64,000 nt of DNA from Okamejei kenojei (lineage: Eukaryota), in assembly GCA_035221665.1 (NCBI GenBank), contig CM069140.1, positions 22,754,001-22,818,000 on the forward strand, read 5' to 3'. This document shows, one piece after another, positions 37,443-51,017 of this stretch. The notes beneath the pieces are model-generated. The model saw nothing but the letters and a program-made list of their open reading frames with translations, did no database searches and was not told where the DNA came from. Each line of letters begins with the position of its first letter. The stretch's first letter is position 1. Made by a program: the position numbers and the translations under genes.

Positions 37443-38894
37443 TCCCTCCCTCACCCACCTAGCTCCATCTGCCTATCTCTCCCCTCACCTGGCTCCGCCC
37501 ATTGCTTGCCAGGCCCTACCTCACCCCTCCTCACCTGGCTCACTCCCTTCTGCATTGATGCAGGATCGTGACCCAAAACATCGACTACTACTTTCTCTGC
37601 ACACATGCATGCACCCTTGAATTCTTCCAGTAGATTTTCTGCTAAAAATCTAGCCTGAGCAACCTTTCCTTAAAGAGGACCATACCATTCCGGATATTAG
37701 TGTAATAACCTTCTCTGAACTGCTTCCAAGGCATTGACATCGGGAAGGGGAAGAACACCGTACACAGTATTCCAACTATGGCACTCTCAAGTGGTGCATA
37801 TCTTCCCAAATTTTATTCAATTTGCCATATCTTTGCCATATATCCCTTTTATAGGGTTCTTGTCCACTTAATTTCCTAACTAACTGCAATACAGCAAATT
37901 CAGCAACCGTATATTTGGTACTCCATTCCAAGTCATTTCTGCAAACTAAAACGTTGAGAGTTCACAGTGCATGGATAAAGGTGCACATATATGTTACCTC
38001 TAGTTATACAAGAAAATATTTAATTTTTTAAGATGACTTTCTAAATGTTAGCTGGCCTATCTTCTGTCCATGCCTAAATGTAAGCTCCTGCATCATGAGC
38101 TTTTTTGCAATAACATTTGATGCAAAACATTATCAAATATCTTCTCAAAAGCTTAGTGCATCCACTGGGTCTGTTTTACCAATAGCGAACATGTTAATAA
38201 TTCAAAGAACTTTAATAATCTTGTCAAGCATGATTCTTCTTTCACAAAGCCATGTTCAAATCATCATCAGCTCTACTAAATGCACAGTGGGCCCCACAGC
38301 TGTAGTAAAGCTGATTCAGTACTTACTGAGGAGTTTAGTCATTCCCCCTGAGTGGGGTTTCCTCTGAATGCTCTAGTTTCCTCCCATATGCCAAAGGTGT
38401 GCAGATTGGTAGTTTTAATTAATGACTGTTAATTGTCCTTATAGATGGTGGAAGAATTGAGGAGCAGTTGATGGGATTGTGGGGAGAATAAGTTTCAAAG
38501 AAAAATAGTGGGGAAAGGATTGTTTTGTGTTGAAATAGGTTGTCATTTCGGTCCATTTAGCACATTAGGAAATTTGGAAATACAGGTGACATTTCTTGTG
38601 CTATCCCCCTCCTTTGAATCTACTGTCATCAACCTGGGGAAAAAATAAAGCAGCCTTTGAAACCTTCAAACTTGCAAACTACTGTCCCATCTTTGATATC
38701 TCCAAAGTTAATGAATTTGTTGGAATATCTGAAATTTATGACCATCTTGCATGACAAGATGAAACACAATCCGCCCATACCCCAAAAGCTAACAGTTCTT
38801 ATCACAGTTATTAACAACATTGTGACTTTATCAAAAATAATTATTGTGGGCCTGTCTGCAATATTTGATCACACAATCCTAACATGCCTCGATT

Positions 38895-39425
38895 ATTGTT
38901 TAATTTATTATTGTCATGTGTACTGAGGTACAGTGAAAAGCTTGTGTTTGCGTGCTATCCAGTCAAAGGAAAGATTATACATGAATACATAAAGCTGTTC
39001 ACAGTGCATGGATAAAGGTGCACATTTAGTGCAAGATAGAATATTGATGCCCAATAAAATTCAAAGATAGTTCAAAGGTCTCCAATGAGAAAGATGAGAG
39101 ATCAGGTCTGTACTCTAGCCGATGGGAGGACAGTTCAATTGCCAAACAACTGCTGGGAAGAAACTCCCTGAATCTGGAGGTATGCATTTTCAAACTTCTG
39201 TACCTCTTGCCCGATGGAAGAGAAGAGGGAGTGAGACCGGTCCTTGTGTTGACGGCCTTGACAAAACAACGTGAAGTGTAGATGATGTCAATGGAAGAGA
39301 GGTTGGTTTGCATGATGGTCTGAGTTATGTCCACAACTCAAATTTCTTGCAGTCTTGGATGCAACTGTGCCCAAACCAGGCAGTGATGCATTCGGATAAA
39401 ATGCTTTCGACAGGTCATCTGCAGA
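38895..39425 (-). mobile_element. Rex1/Babar LINE 3' end
   Basis: ORF 39026..39334 (YTSRCFVKA, LPSGKRYRSLKMHTSRF); tail near 38895-38915. Confidence 0.78.
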
Positions 39426-39924
39426 CCATGTTCATCTGTTACCCTTCTTATCCATCCAGTCATATAGTATCATTTTCAGTAGATTTATATCCTGGCATTG
39501 CTAACTCTGGTTTCCTTCAAAGGTCCACCCTCGACCCTTTTCTTATTTCTCTCCAGTAATAATAGAAAACGGTGTACTTATAAAACAGTTCTATGATACT
39601 GCCACCTTTGTAAACCATGCAATTTATTAAATTGTCAGACTGCCCAGCATTCACCACTTCATGGGCAGAAATTTCTGGACGTTTTAGGTTTTCCAGGCAA
39701 TTAGTTGGATGCAGAAATTTCATCCAACTCAAATACCTGGAAAAACCAAAAACATCCTTGTTTCTTTTCACCAACACAGTATTTTAATCCCTAATCACTT
39801 TTTGAGGTGAAGTAGATGAATCACCATATTAGCACCATATTCAGAGACAATGTTGAACTGTGTATCCATAGATATGATAGGATTGCCTAGTTTTACTTCT
39901 GTAACGTTACTTGATTACAGTCAT

Positions 39925-40200
39925 TTTAGTTTAGATTAGAGATACAGCGTGGAAACAGGGCCTTCAGCCCATTGTGTGCACACCGCCCAGTGATCCCTGC
40001 ACATTAACACTATCCTACACTAGGGACAATATTTTACATTTATACCAAGCCAATTAACCTACAAACCTGTACGTCTTTGGAGTGTGGGAGGAAACCCATG
40101 CAGGTCACGGGGAGAACATACAAACTCCGTGAAGACATGCACCGGATCGAACCCGGGCCTCTGGCACTGTAAGGCAGTAGCTCTACCACTGTCACCATGC
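39925..40200 (-). mobile_element. V-SINE, near full length
   Basis: (TTTAG)n tail, TTTGGAGTGTGGGAGGAAAC core and GGATCGAACCCGGG B-box, all in reverse orientation. Confidence 0.82.
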
Positions 40201-43200
40201 CATCCTACTGTTGAAATATTTACTGAGCATTATTAACTCTTATTTGGAAGCTCACCTTTTTCCTTTCCATGAACTTGAAGTTATCCAAAATGACACTGTT
40301 CATTTCTAACTTGCATTATGTTTTCCCATCCCCCTCTTCTTAATTACCTACATGACTCTGTTAGACCAATAATTTAAATTAAATTCTCACTTGTTTTAAA
40401 ATCCTTCCACGGTTTCAACATAACATGCTTGAGTCCTTATAGCCTCTCCAAGATATCTAAGCCTTTCTAATTCCGGGTTTCTGATCACTGCATTTACTAT
40501 TGGCAACCATAGTTCCAGAATCGGATATTGTTAAACAACACTGGGGTGATTCGTTTGACAGCACTCCTAATTTGATTTCAAATATTTTCATCATGCAAAG
40601 CTCTAAATAAAGGGACATCAACACCACTTGTCAAACCATTATGTGTATAATACTTGTCTGAATTATATGGTTCTTTCCTATTGTTGAACCAAGAAGATAT
40701 ATGAAACTCAGCTATCTCCACAACACTAATAAAATGCCAAGTAAACATTTGATGGGGAATACCAGTTTGTGATATCTTTCACAATAATCCCTACCATAAG
40801 ATATTGATTCATTTTGTGATGATCGGGAGTAGGTATAATCTGTTAAAAAGTAAATAGTAATGAGCAAGACTTTCCATAAGAAAATTGGTCTTTGGCAATG
40901 GTTGAGGCCACAGAATAATTAATAGGAATACTACCCACTATGAAAAAAAAACTTTTATCTCCAAAGCCACTGTTGCTATTTTTCTCTGCAATAAATTTAC
41001 TTCCTCAGTCAATGCTATTGAAATTAAGAAAATTATAATAGTGCCATGTTTCCCTGCAAAGCAACAGAGCAGAGAACCATTAGTTGCCCAGTTATTTGTT
41101 CAGTTAGAGAACAGCACACAACAGGTTTTCAAAGGAAGAGCCATACAGCATGGAAACAGGGCCTTTGGCTATGCCGACCAAGATGCCCCATCTAAACTAG
41201 GCCCATTTGCCCACATTTAGCCAATATCCCACTGTCTTCACTATCATTTTGAAATGGTATACCAAAAAAAACGTAAGCAATTCTCTAATAGTATAATGTA
41301 GGGTATGATGAAACAGTGAACTAATGCAACTGGTTAGGGTATGGACATTACTGCAAAAGAAGGTTGTTTGTACTGAAAAGGCAGTTATGGAGCAGCTTTA
41401 TACTGCAGAATGACTCATAGTGTGATTAAGAATGTATCGTGTTGGTTGGAGATTGCAGTCACACATAATGTGAACCAGCTAAGAACTTCGAGGAGCAGTA
41501 AGAATTTTATGTCAACTTAACGGTTGAAAATCATAACCGATTTGTACCTCAAATCCAATCAGCTACTTGAGCCAACATCCATAATAGTTTAGGGGCAAGA
41601 GTTCCAAATTTCTCCTACCGGTCCTTGTAAAGAGAAAGGATTTCCTGCCTACAATCCTGGATGGCAGAGCTCACTAATAATTATTGGTCTGGCGGTTTCA
41701 AGATTTTCCAATAATATTAAAGATAGGTGTGTGTGATTAACATGAATGATTGTTTTCGTGGGAGTTTATTGAGTTTAGAACCTTCTGTGTTGAGGATTGA
41801 TCATTTTTCCATTTTGGTAGTTAGTAATTATTTTAAGCTTCCCTGCCTATTATAGAGTCCTTAACTAAAAGGCTCAAAAGAACACCCCCTCCTGTATTTT
41901 CATTTCACACACCATTCATCCTAGTGGCCTCTCTACACGAGGTCGTCCAATTATGGCAATGACTTGAGAATTTTATCAGGTTTATTGCAATAGGTTCAAC
42001 ACTACGGCGAATGGTAGTGACCCAGCCCAAATTAAGGTTCTTAAACACTTCATGCTCGTCGTTTAATATTAATCAGCGAGGAGACTTCCAAACAGCACTT
42101 CAAGCCGAATTTAAATTCCGATGCTGTATTTGAAAAGACTGCTAATATTTTGCCAGGTTAAAATAAAATCCTCTCTGAAATCGTGTACGGAATTAATTAG
42201 GTTCATAGGCAAAAGTATAAGAACACAACATAGCTGGTCCTTTGTACATCGCACCCCATCAGAACAAGGGGCAACTTCGCATTTGCAATCTCTGGATCCG
42301 TCCCCTCTGCCGAGAAAAAGTGGGATTTTCACTCCATCAGCATTGGTGTTCTTAAGCACGGTATTCAGCAAGTACTCCGTGTAGGTAAAGTTCCACTGCC
42401 ACGCCACATCAAAATTAGAATTTAAACGTATTTTTATCTCCATGACTCGCGCAGCATTTTTAAATTAAAGGTAATCTTTCCCATCTCAGCAATTAGAATC
42501 AGATCTGACAAATGCACAATCCGGAGCCACTGGTTTATAACCAGCGCCGAGCCATATATTGCAGCGAAGTATCGTTTATCATCTGTAGCTAAATTACGTT
42601 CGCTTTGTCCAAGAAGAGATGCAAGAACCCTGTTGTTGCACGTTATACCCTAGGTACCTCCAGGAATACAATGCAACTCGTGGAACACGTAATTGGAGAC
42701 GGGTGATTGTCTTAATTCTGGTCATTTCAAAATTAACAATATTGAATTGAAATATGTTTTAGGTTGAGGAACCAATTGATCCAAACACATGATAAATATA
42801 AAAACATCCATTTTACTGCAGAATATAAAGTTGGGACTTTCTAATTAAATAGTTGTCGTCACTGGTTATATTGGCAAATATGCGTTTTAAACGGTTAGGA
42901 CAGAGTGACATTCGCGGGAGTGGGACTTCGCGATAATTCCAGGGTTGGTGCAATTTATTAATGAGTTGCTCCGAAATGCGCAGGTTAATCGGATTTGTCA
43001 ACCCTTTCTCTCAAACACCTTTGCTGAGATTGAAATGTAATCTTTAACAGTTTCGCTCTTTTTTTTTCAAAATCACGATTTACAAACCTAACGGAACATG
43101 TTTACAATCCATGTCGTTGCCAAGTTGAAAACCCTTGGGATGTTTACTGAATGCAGTACTGTTTAATTCAGCCCATCTAGGAGCGAATACTGGCCAGTTC

Positions 43201-43523
43201 TGGTTTTCAAGGATATTTCTATAGCTAGCTCACGTTGTATTCAACTTGACGTAGGCGAATATATTTATCAAAGTAAACAAACTTATTTTAACAACTGTCA
43301 CAAAATAGTTATGAAGTTTTTTCATTCTTGCTCGCTTTATATGACAAGGTGAGTGGAGATGACATTCGTGATTGTTTGGACTGCCATTTACTGGATATAT
43401 CTAAAGTAAGCAATATAATTTTTAAAACGAAACAATACTGGCAAGTGCATAAGATGGAAGCTCGATTCAAATGCTAGAGGATTATGTTGATCTCATTCGC
43501 CACTCAGAAGTGACGGCTATAAA

Positions 43524-43757
43524 GTGTAGAAATAAGGAACTGCAGTTGCTGGTTAAACAAAAGACACCAAGTGTCGGAGTATCTCAACGAATCGGGCAGC
43601 ATCTCTGGAGAACATAGATCGGTGATGTTACGGGTCGGGATCCTTGTTCAGAATAATTCGGGCATCAGTCTGAAGAAGGGTCCCGAACCGAAACGTCACC
43701 TGTCCATGTCCTCCAGATATGCTGCCTGACCCGCTGAGTTACTCCAGCACTTTGTGT
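43524..43757. repeat. Head-to-head pair of Penelope-derived hammerhead repeats (long hairpin)
   Basis: Arm 43562-43652 is an imperfect reverse complement of 43669-43757, with a 16-nt spacer. Confidence 0.85.
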
Positions 43758-45848
43758 ATTGTATTGTAGTTATGCAGTGGCCGGGTTGATCGGCCAAATT
43801 ATTCCGATCAAAGTAAGGATCAATGACCTTCCAAATATTCCGCTGCAGGTGTTAAATTGTATCTCAAGGCTTTGAGCAGAATATCGAATTGTACCATCAA
43901 GTTCGCTGCTCCACTGATGAGCAGACTTCGACCCGAATGGACTGTGGAAAGTGAGTAGGTTTGCAGTGCAGATTGTCGATGTCGAACTGGCTTTGGTGAC
44001 TTTTCCAGTGTGTCTCGGGTCTGCCATACTCTTCAGGAATCTAGACAGAGTTACTGTACTTTAAATGTTTCAAACGCCCAGTCTGGCGCCCTCAAAACAC
44101 TTAAATGTAATGCACTCAGTGAGTGTATGTCCCAGAACTGAGTCCAGTATCCTGACTGCGGTGACAGCAGTACGACTCAATCCGGTTCTCCCAAGTCAAA
44201 ATCGATTCTGGATCAGCTAGGATCGCATATTATTAGGCGCAGTATAAGCATAACCAAGACGAAGAGAGGGAGACGATTAATCTCTCGAGTCTAGAAAGAT
44301 GTCTTTAACTGAATAATCTCCCAATTCACTGTTCTCAAGGGGCCCCATTGTAACAGTCTGCGCAATGCCTTGGGTTACCATGGTTAAATAAATCAAATGC
44401 GTGCGCTCTTCAAGTAAAGATCTCTGAAAGGGTCAAACAATCAGATTTAATCTAAACGGGTTGCTTCAAACACGTGGGAGAGACATTGCTGGTCTTAAAT
44501 TTCTATCCACAGACGATAAACCGGCAAATCTTTTTTTTCTGTAATGAACAACATTCGGTGATGCGATGCACAATGCAGCGAGAGTATTTAGGTTGTTTTC
44601 ATTTCTCCCGACAAATGAAAAATCGTGTTGGTACTTTAGACGATCTCCCGTTAAAAGTCTTTCTGATTTTTGTGGAGCCAGTCTTTCCAGACATGTTGGA
44701 ACGGATTATGTAATCTGAGAAGTGGCTGGACAGTGAATTCAACCTTTCTTCTGGAAACGTTGCCTCCGGCAGTGCAATCGCATTTTAGTTTTTAACCATT
44801 GTGTACATGAACCTAATATTAAATAGCATAAAATCCCGCAGCTATTTTTAGAAAGAGTGGTGCGTTGTACTAAATTCATAAACTATTAATTCCATACATT
44901 TGGAATTCATTATCTTTAACATTTCCCTTATTCCGTCGGTAGTAAATTACAAAATTACCTTTTAATTTTTTTTTGTGAATATAGAAATGAATTTTAATCT
45001 CTGTTTCTTCAGGGCGGAGCACGGACGACCATAAATCGCCCTCCGTAACCAGATTCCCCAAATTCCTGGCTCTTATCAATATACAGTCAGATAAATGTCA
45101 AATAGATTATAGGTAGCATTTTGCCAAAAGAAAATTACGGTATGTGATTGGAAATATTTTGTTCCCAAGTCTGTGTCTTAAGGTTTGGCGGTTTACAAAA
45201 ATGCTTTTATCTTTACAGCATAAATTAGTTAACATGGATGACGCTATCAATGTCTCATAATTAACGGACCTAAAGAATGACAACATTGACTGGCAGCGGT
45301 GGAGTCAGAGTAATCTTCAGTTTGTGAAACGTGTTGCTATCTATATTAACAATCGGGCAAAGAAACATTCCACATATTGTGACACATGAAAACTAATAAT
45401 TGGAAACAATTACACATCTTGTTCGTTTTTTTAAATGTTTTGATAACCTGAGAATTTGTTTTAATTCAATGTAAATATATATTCAAAAACTGAGTTTATG
45501 TACCCATTTGATTTCCTGATTTGTTATTAAACCTTTCTACATCTATAATGAAAATTGCGAACTATCGTCCGAATGGCGATGCCCGATTGTCATATTTCAG
45601 GTCAAATTAGATACTATCTGCCCTGTGACATCTGTAAGTAGAGGGTTGGTTAATTACTTAATTATTAACAAACTTTGATTTATATCACGATGCTATTCAC
45701 CAACTGACATCGCTACTAATCCGACGTAACTTTAAACATCATAGGTTATTTACCTCTGTTCCGAGCGCCAAAACAATAGTTTCGGATATATAAAGAAGGT
45801 TATATTAACTAGTTCAGATTGTTTGTTAGTTCTGGGATTCTGGAAAAC

Positions 45849-45882
45849 GGTCTGAAGAAGGGTCTCGACCCGAAACGTCACC
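45849..45882 (+). ncRNA. Minimal type-I hammerhead ribozyme motif in a Penelope-derived repeat (repeat extends to about 45945)
   Basis: GGT-CTGAAGA-A-GGGTCTCGACCC-GAAA-CG-TC^ACC: helix I GGU/ACC, core CUGANGA...GAAA, helix II GGGU(CUCG)ACCC, palindromic ACGU helix III, GUC triplet. Activity untested. Confidence 0.7.
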
Positions 45883-46999
45883 CATTCATTCTCTCCAGAG
45901 ATGCTGCCTGTCCCGCTGAGTTACTCCAGCATTTGTGTCTACCTTCTAGAAAAACCTAATATGCACGGCATTGATTCAAATCATATTGGTTAATTATATG
46001 CCAGCAGCATAAAATAGATTTTAAACTAGACCTAACCGCCATCATATCAAATAGATAGGTAATTTGAAAGTAACTACAATCAATTTGTTTTATACCCGTA
46101 TCATATATGTAGGTGAATTCCTTTGCTTTTTTCAAGTGACTAATTACAATTACTGCATCATTATCCCAGCATGCATACACACACTGTTGATATATTCTAC
46201 CAGGTCGTTTGAAACTTTACCACCGCAAGTAGAAATAGACAAATCATTCACAGCGTGGACAACTGATCAGCTAATTTTTACATTATATTCGCTAAGCACC
46301 GCGCAGGTGTTGATCAGATGGCTGGGCTGGCTAGCTGATTATCGTACTCGTAATACTTGTACGACGTTTCAGGTAGGAAATTAACTTTTGTGCAGTAGTC
46401 ATAGTTTATTCAAATTTATATTTCAAATTGCTTTCTAATGTACTGCCACTGAAAAGCTGTTTACTGTTAGCTGATTACATCCGTGTGGGTATTTACGTAT
46501 AAGTGTGGAAAGGTTTAACATAACATGTGTTGTGCAGTGATAACTAATACATGTGTGCGTTATCTATGGGTTTTGCAATTACACATACACTTATCCGTTC
46601 ATCTACCTGATATCTGATGTACACCGCTTTTAATATAGCACAATACCACCAATTTTACAAAAATCATTCAATGAATTTATTACAATTAAATGAACGACCA
46701 TAAATGAAGATGAAAAGATGAAATCTAATTGCATTTAGCCTCCATCGTTCACTGTTATGGCCCTGTCGATAATGAGACCTGCGAACCTGGCAGCAACAAT
46801 GATCGTTGGATGAGTTCAGGTAATGAGTCGCAGGGACGGTGTTTGAAAAAAAATGCTTGAGAATATAGGTAATCTATTCTCCTTTGTACTCTTCAGCAAG
46901 GACATAAAATGCGATCTTAACGATAGTCAAAAGGAGAGCTGTTTTCAATGATGGGGTGTAGTTCTGCAGTACGGATTGGATTATTCAGAAAAATGCACA

Positions 47000-49100
47000 T
47001 TCATGTTTTCTTAAAAAAGTAAACTTTGAATAGGATTAATTGAGGATAGTTGACATCCTATTTTATCTGCATATCTTCCCCGGTGCTTGTCATCAACTGG
47101 TCTAGATTTCGATTTAATAACTGAGTTTAAGCAGCCTCGCTGAGAATCTGCCATTGATAACGGATCCGCGGGCATTGACATAAACCATGAGCAATTCACC
47201 CAGAAAACAGCTAACAAATGGCCCGTTTCCTTTATCGGCATTACTTTTTATTTTAATTCATTCGGCAGTTCCTTCCTACACAATGCAACTTCCTCCTCCA
47301 CTCAACTCACACACACACATGTGTTCGGGGTTTGGAGAGTTAATATTTATTCCTGGTTTAATTGTGGATCTAGCTTGTCTTTAATACCAATGAATTGGAT
47401 GGCGACAATTGAAGTACTCGGATCAATTACCAGCATGCGGCCGGTTCACATTCACAGTGTACAGGTGTTTGGTGCTCTGGGTATCACAGATACCAAATCT
47501 TCACATTAGCATTCTCCTCAAATTCGTATTCTCTTTACTAAAGCAAAGCGATTGTACTATAATCATTTGGGACGAGCCAAGTGCGTTTTAATAAATGCAA
47601 ATTCATTCGCATTTACTAAATAAATTGTCTTCAATTGCATTCTAACATACACCCGGAAATATACCTGTTTGGTTATATTTCAATATTTTAACATTTTATT
47701 CCACACTACAACGTGTGAACGTGAACATTTTGTTCAACGCTACAACATATCACGACAAAAGCGAAAATGAGTTGGACAGCAATCCTGCTGTGAAGATTCT
47801 AATTGTTTCTGTGAAGTTTATCTGTGATTCCATGAACTGCTGCTGTTAATCCTCAGAGAAAGGACAACAAAAAAAGGACTGGCCATTTGTCCAAAATTCG
47901 TATTTATCTAAAAGGAAGAGTGCAATTAAAGCGTAACTTGGTTTTATTTACATTATCACAGTAACAACATTTGTTTCAGTTTCGCTCTGGAAGTCCTCAT
48001 CCAAAGCGTCTCTTTAATTGACCCACATTGTTAATTGGAGAAGTCCCGTAAAACAACGGCCTTTTAATTTTTGCCCATTCCTTGATTTAAAGAGACCATT
48101 TCAAATATCATTTGGGAACAAAACTGCACAATATGTCAGTTCCATTGCTGTTTTCCTTTTCAAATTACACAAGTATATATGAACAGTTAAGGTCAGAAAA
48201 TCAAGGTCAAGGTGCAGTTGTAGCGCCGGCAACGTTTGAAAATGTGTTCTCAATGTAAACCGAGAGGGAAAATGATTTTTAAATTGTACGAGATATTTAC
48301 CCAATACAATCAACCTTAAGAAGTACATAAAACCTAATGGAATCAATCATCTCTCAAATGCAAATGATTATTATTTGGAACAGAAACGCCACTTATTTTT
48401 AAAGATTAATCACTAATTTTACTCTGTGTCAGATCAAATATTCACTTCATTTATTGGCACGGACTTGTTTCTTAAATGGGCTCATTGAGAACTTCTGAAA
48501 CAAACCAATATTTTGCAGATGTGGAATTGTGCTGACCATAATTTCATTTCAGCGCCAGTGGTGCCAATCCGTCTGCCGTAAGGCAGACTTTTTAACAAAG
48601 GGTTTTGGGGTGAGTCAAATCGTGGGAATTTACTCCCCCACCCCCTTCTCTGCCCAACCACCAACCCCGCCGCCCCCTTCTGGGAGAAACCGCTGATATC
48701 GACCCAGATGCCAGATTGGAGCCAAACATAAAGTTTTATGAATAAAATTCTTGGCTGCATTTCCAATAGATTTTTGCGGTTTCCATTGGTAAAGGGATAG
48801 CAGTTTAGGACCCAACATCGAATAACTGGACCATTTGAAGGGGGTGGGGGTGTTTGCGCAAAGAAACGGATTGCACCGACAGTTGACCTGATATCCTGGC
48901 GGGATTTCATTTTTTGCAGGGGCTGAGACGCATACTTGGAGCAACGTTTCTGTTGAAGTGCTGGGCAGTGACCTCTTGTGATTATTAAAGAGCCGTCTGA
49001 CCGCCACTCTGTTCCGTTGCCCTCATTTATAATAAAATATGGTTTTAGTGGCACTCTATTCGTACCACTTATCTTAATTAGAACTTGGTCCACACACGGT
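47000..49100. promoter_or_regulatory. Candidate PRRX1 distal enhancer region
   Basis: Repeat-free sequence dense in TAAT/TAATT and TTTTATG/ATAAAA motifs (e.g. 48734-48747 and 49025-49036). Inferred from motifs only. Confidence 0.4.
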
Positions 49101-50603
49101 TTTACTAGGATTGTGGGGGCGGGGTGATGCGGTGAAGGAAGGGGGGCACAGATACGGAATGCATTGTATATGTGTGTGAGGATTTATGTGGGACAGAATG
49201 GTACACTGCATGCCACAAAGTAAGTGCAAAAATAATCCGTGGTTGCACGGTTAACATGTTGTTACTAGCAGTTAATCGATTAAAATTGAATTAATATCGG
49301 ATGTTTTGTTTTAAAGCATTTTAAACCTAGACTCCTTGTTGTTTCCAGATGTACCGTCTTTTGAGAGTTTTGTTTTAGTTTCTGATCTTTTATCATCGGA
49401 AAATATAGCACACATTTCAGGACATGGAATTGCATGTAGATGATATGACCGAGTATTTGTCAAAGACTCCGACGAAGGCGGTCACACCAGAAACATTAAT
49501 TTCTCGATTTTTGCAGATACAGGCACGCCTCCTGTCATTTCCTGCAATGTTCCTCGTTCCAGGTTTTCAATGTTTAAAAAAATTATGTTCTGTAACATTT
49601 TCGCATTAGCATTTCATAGATTCAGCAAAGTGGTGTGCAGATCGTGAAATAATGGAACACTGTGACCAATTTCTGTCAAGATAAATATAGCAATTCAAGG
49701 AGTGGCTAACATTTGAAAAAAAATCTATTTCAGCGGTGTTTTGTTAATTCGACCACGGAAGGACATTGTGATTAGACGCGGTGCAATCTGATTAGAATTG
49801 CAACATATATAGACCGGAAGAAATGTGGTAGATTGTGAAATAACATCCTTTGCTAAATACCGTGCACATCCTTTGCTAAAAACTGGATCAAAACCTTAAA
49901 AAGCACGAGTTTTCCGCCAAATTTTGCTATTGGACGTGCACCAGTGAAATTGACAGCATTTGATGACCACGTGAATTCCATTCATGTTCTAGATTCAACA
50001 CTAACAGAGCTTTGCAACAAATTGCAATGAATCTGCCCAATTCCATTAGGCGATGTTTTAAATATTAAATTATAATGAGGCTGGGGTTTCAACCAAACTG
50101 CATTAAAATCAGCCGGATTTTAAAACCAAACTCGCAAAGGTTGTGTAAACTCACACGACTGCATCAATTTTTACTTGGATTTTTTTGATAATTTTATTAT
50201 AAGCGCGCACACGCTTTATATTTGCTCATTTGAGGCCGCCAAACCGAAGTATAAAATTCACCTTCGTCAATGCTTTTCGCTCCCAAGAGAAATAATGAAA
50301 AATGCCGAAAACAAACGTGGAAAAATATCCCTATATTTATAACCACAACGCGTTATCCGCTGCTCTGAAATATTGCCTGCATTTGTCGATGCTAATTATA
50401 TTAAGCTTTGCCTTTCAATCGTAGATAGGTAAATTAAAGAAACAATCGGGAAACTACAATCTATGTTACATTACTCTATCGTATTTATGTGTTCATTTTA
50501 AATTGATTCGATTCTTCTCCATATTTTCCTTAATATTCTGAATGAAATCACTGCAGAATTCTTGGGGTAGCCTCGGAAACATAAAGATCAAAATAAACAT
50601 AAA

Positions 50604-50667
50604 GTCTGAAGAAGGATCCCCGACCCGAAACGTCACCTATCCATGTTCTCCAGAGATGCTGCCTGAG
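50604..50667 (+). repeat. Penelope-derived repeat with hammerhead core (helix II altered)
   Basis: GTCTGAAGAAGGATCCCCGACCCGAAACGTCACC. Confidence 0.75.
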
Positions 50668-50983
50668 TTTTGATGAACACCCGGAGTGAACGCGTTAGAT
50701 GACAAAACATAAGTTATTTCAAAACAATTGTTATTTTAAAACCTCTCAAGAAAAATCACACATGGGTTAGTTATCCTATAACATGAAGTTATATATTGAT
50801 GAACAGAGAATAATGGAGTATCCTAGCATTATTTGCTATATCAAACAAAGAAAGGATAATATTTTGCAAACAATGGACCATTCTGGGCTCCACCTTTCCT
50901 TGATCATCGTTGCTTTTGCATATCTTTCATTCATTTGTTCAATTTACCTTCTCTATCTCTTGTTTTCGTTTCCCGTGACTCTC

Positions 50984-51017
50984 AGTCTGAAGAAGGGTCT
51001 CGACCCGAAACGTCACC
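50984..51017 (+). ncRNA. Minimal hammerhead ribozyme motif in a Penelope-derived repeat (repeat about 50865-51075)
   Basis: AGTCTGAAGAAGGGTCTCGACCCGAAACGTCACC; core identical to 45852-45882. Confidence 0.68.

Noticed and set aside
48482-49093. 203-aa minus-strand ORF upstream of PRRX1
   Set aside because: No recognisable domain, non-ATG start and no exon structure. More likely regulatory DNA. An antisense transcript cannot be excluded.
49843-49880. 15-bp direct repeat ACATCCTTTGCTAAA (a similar case at 8463-8493)
   Set aside because: Ordinary short local duplications with no further structure.
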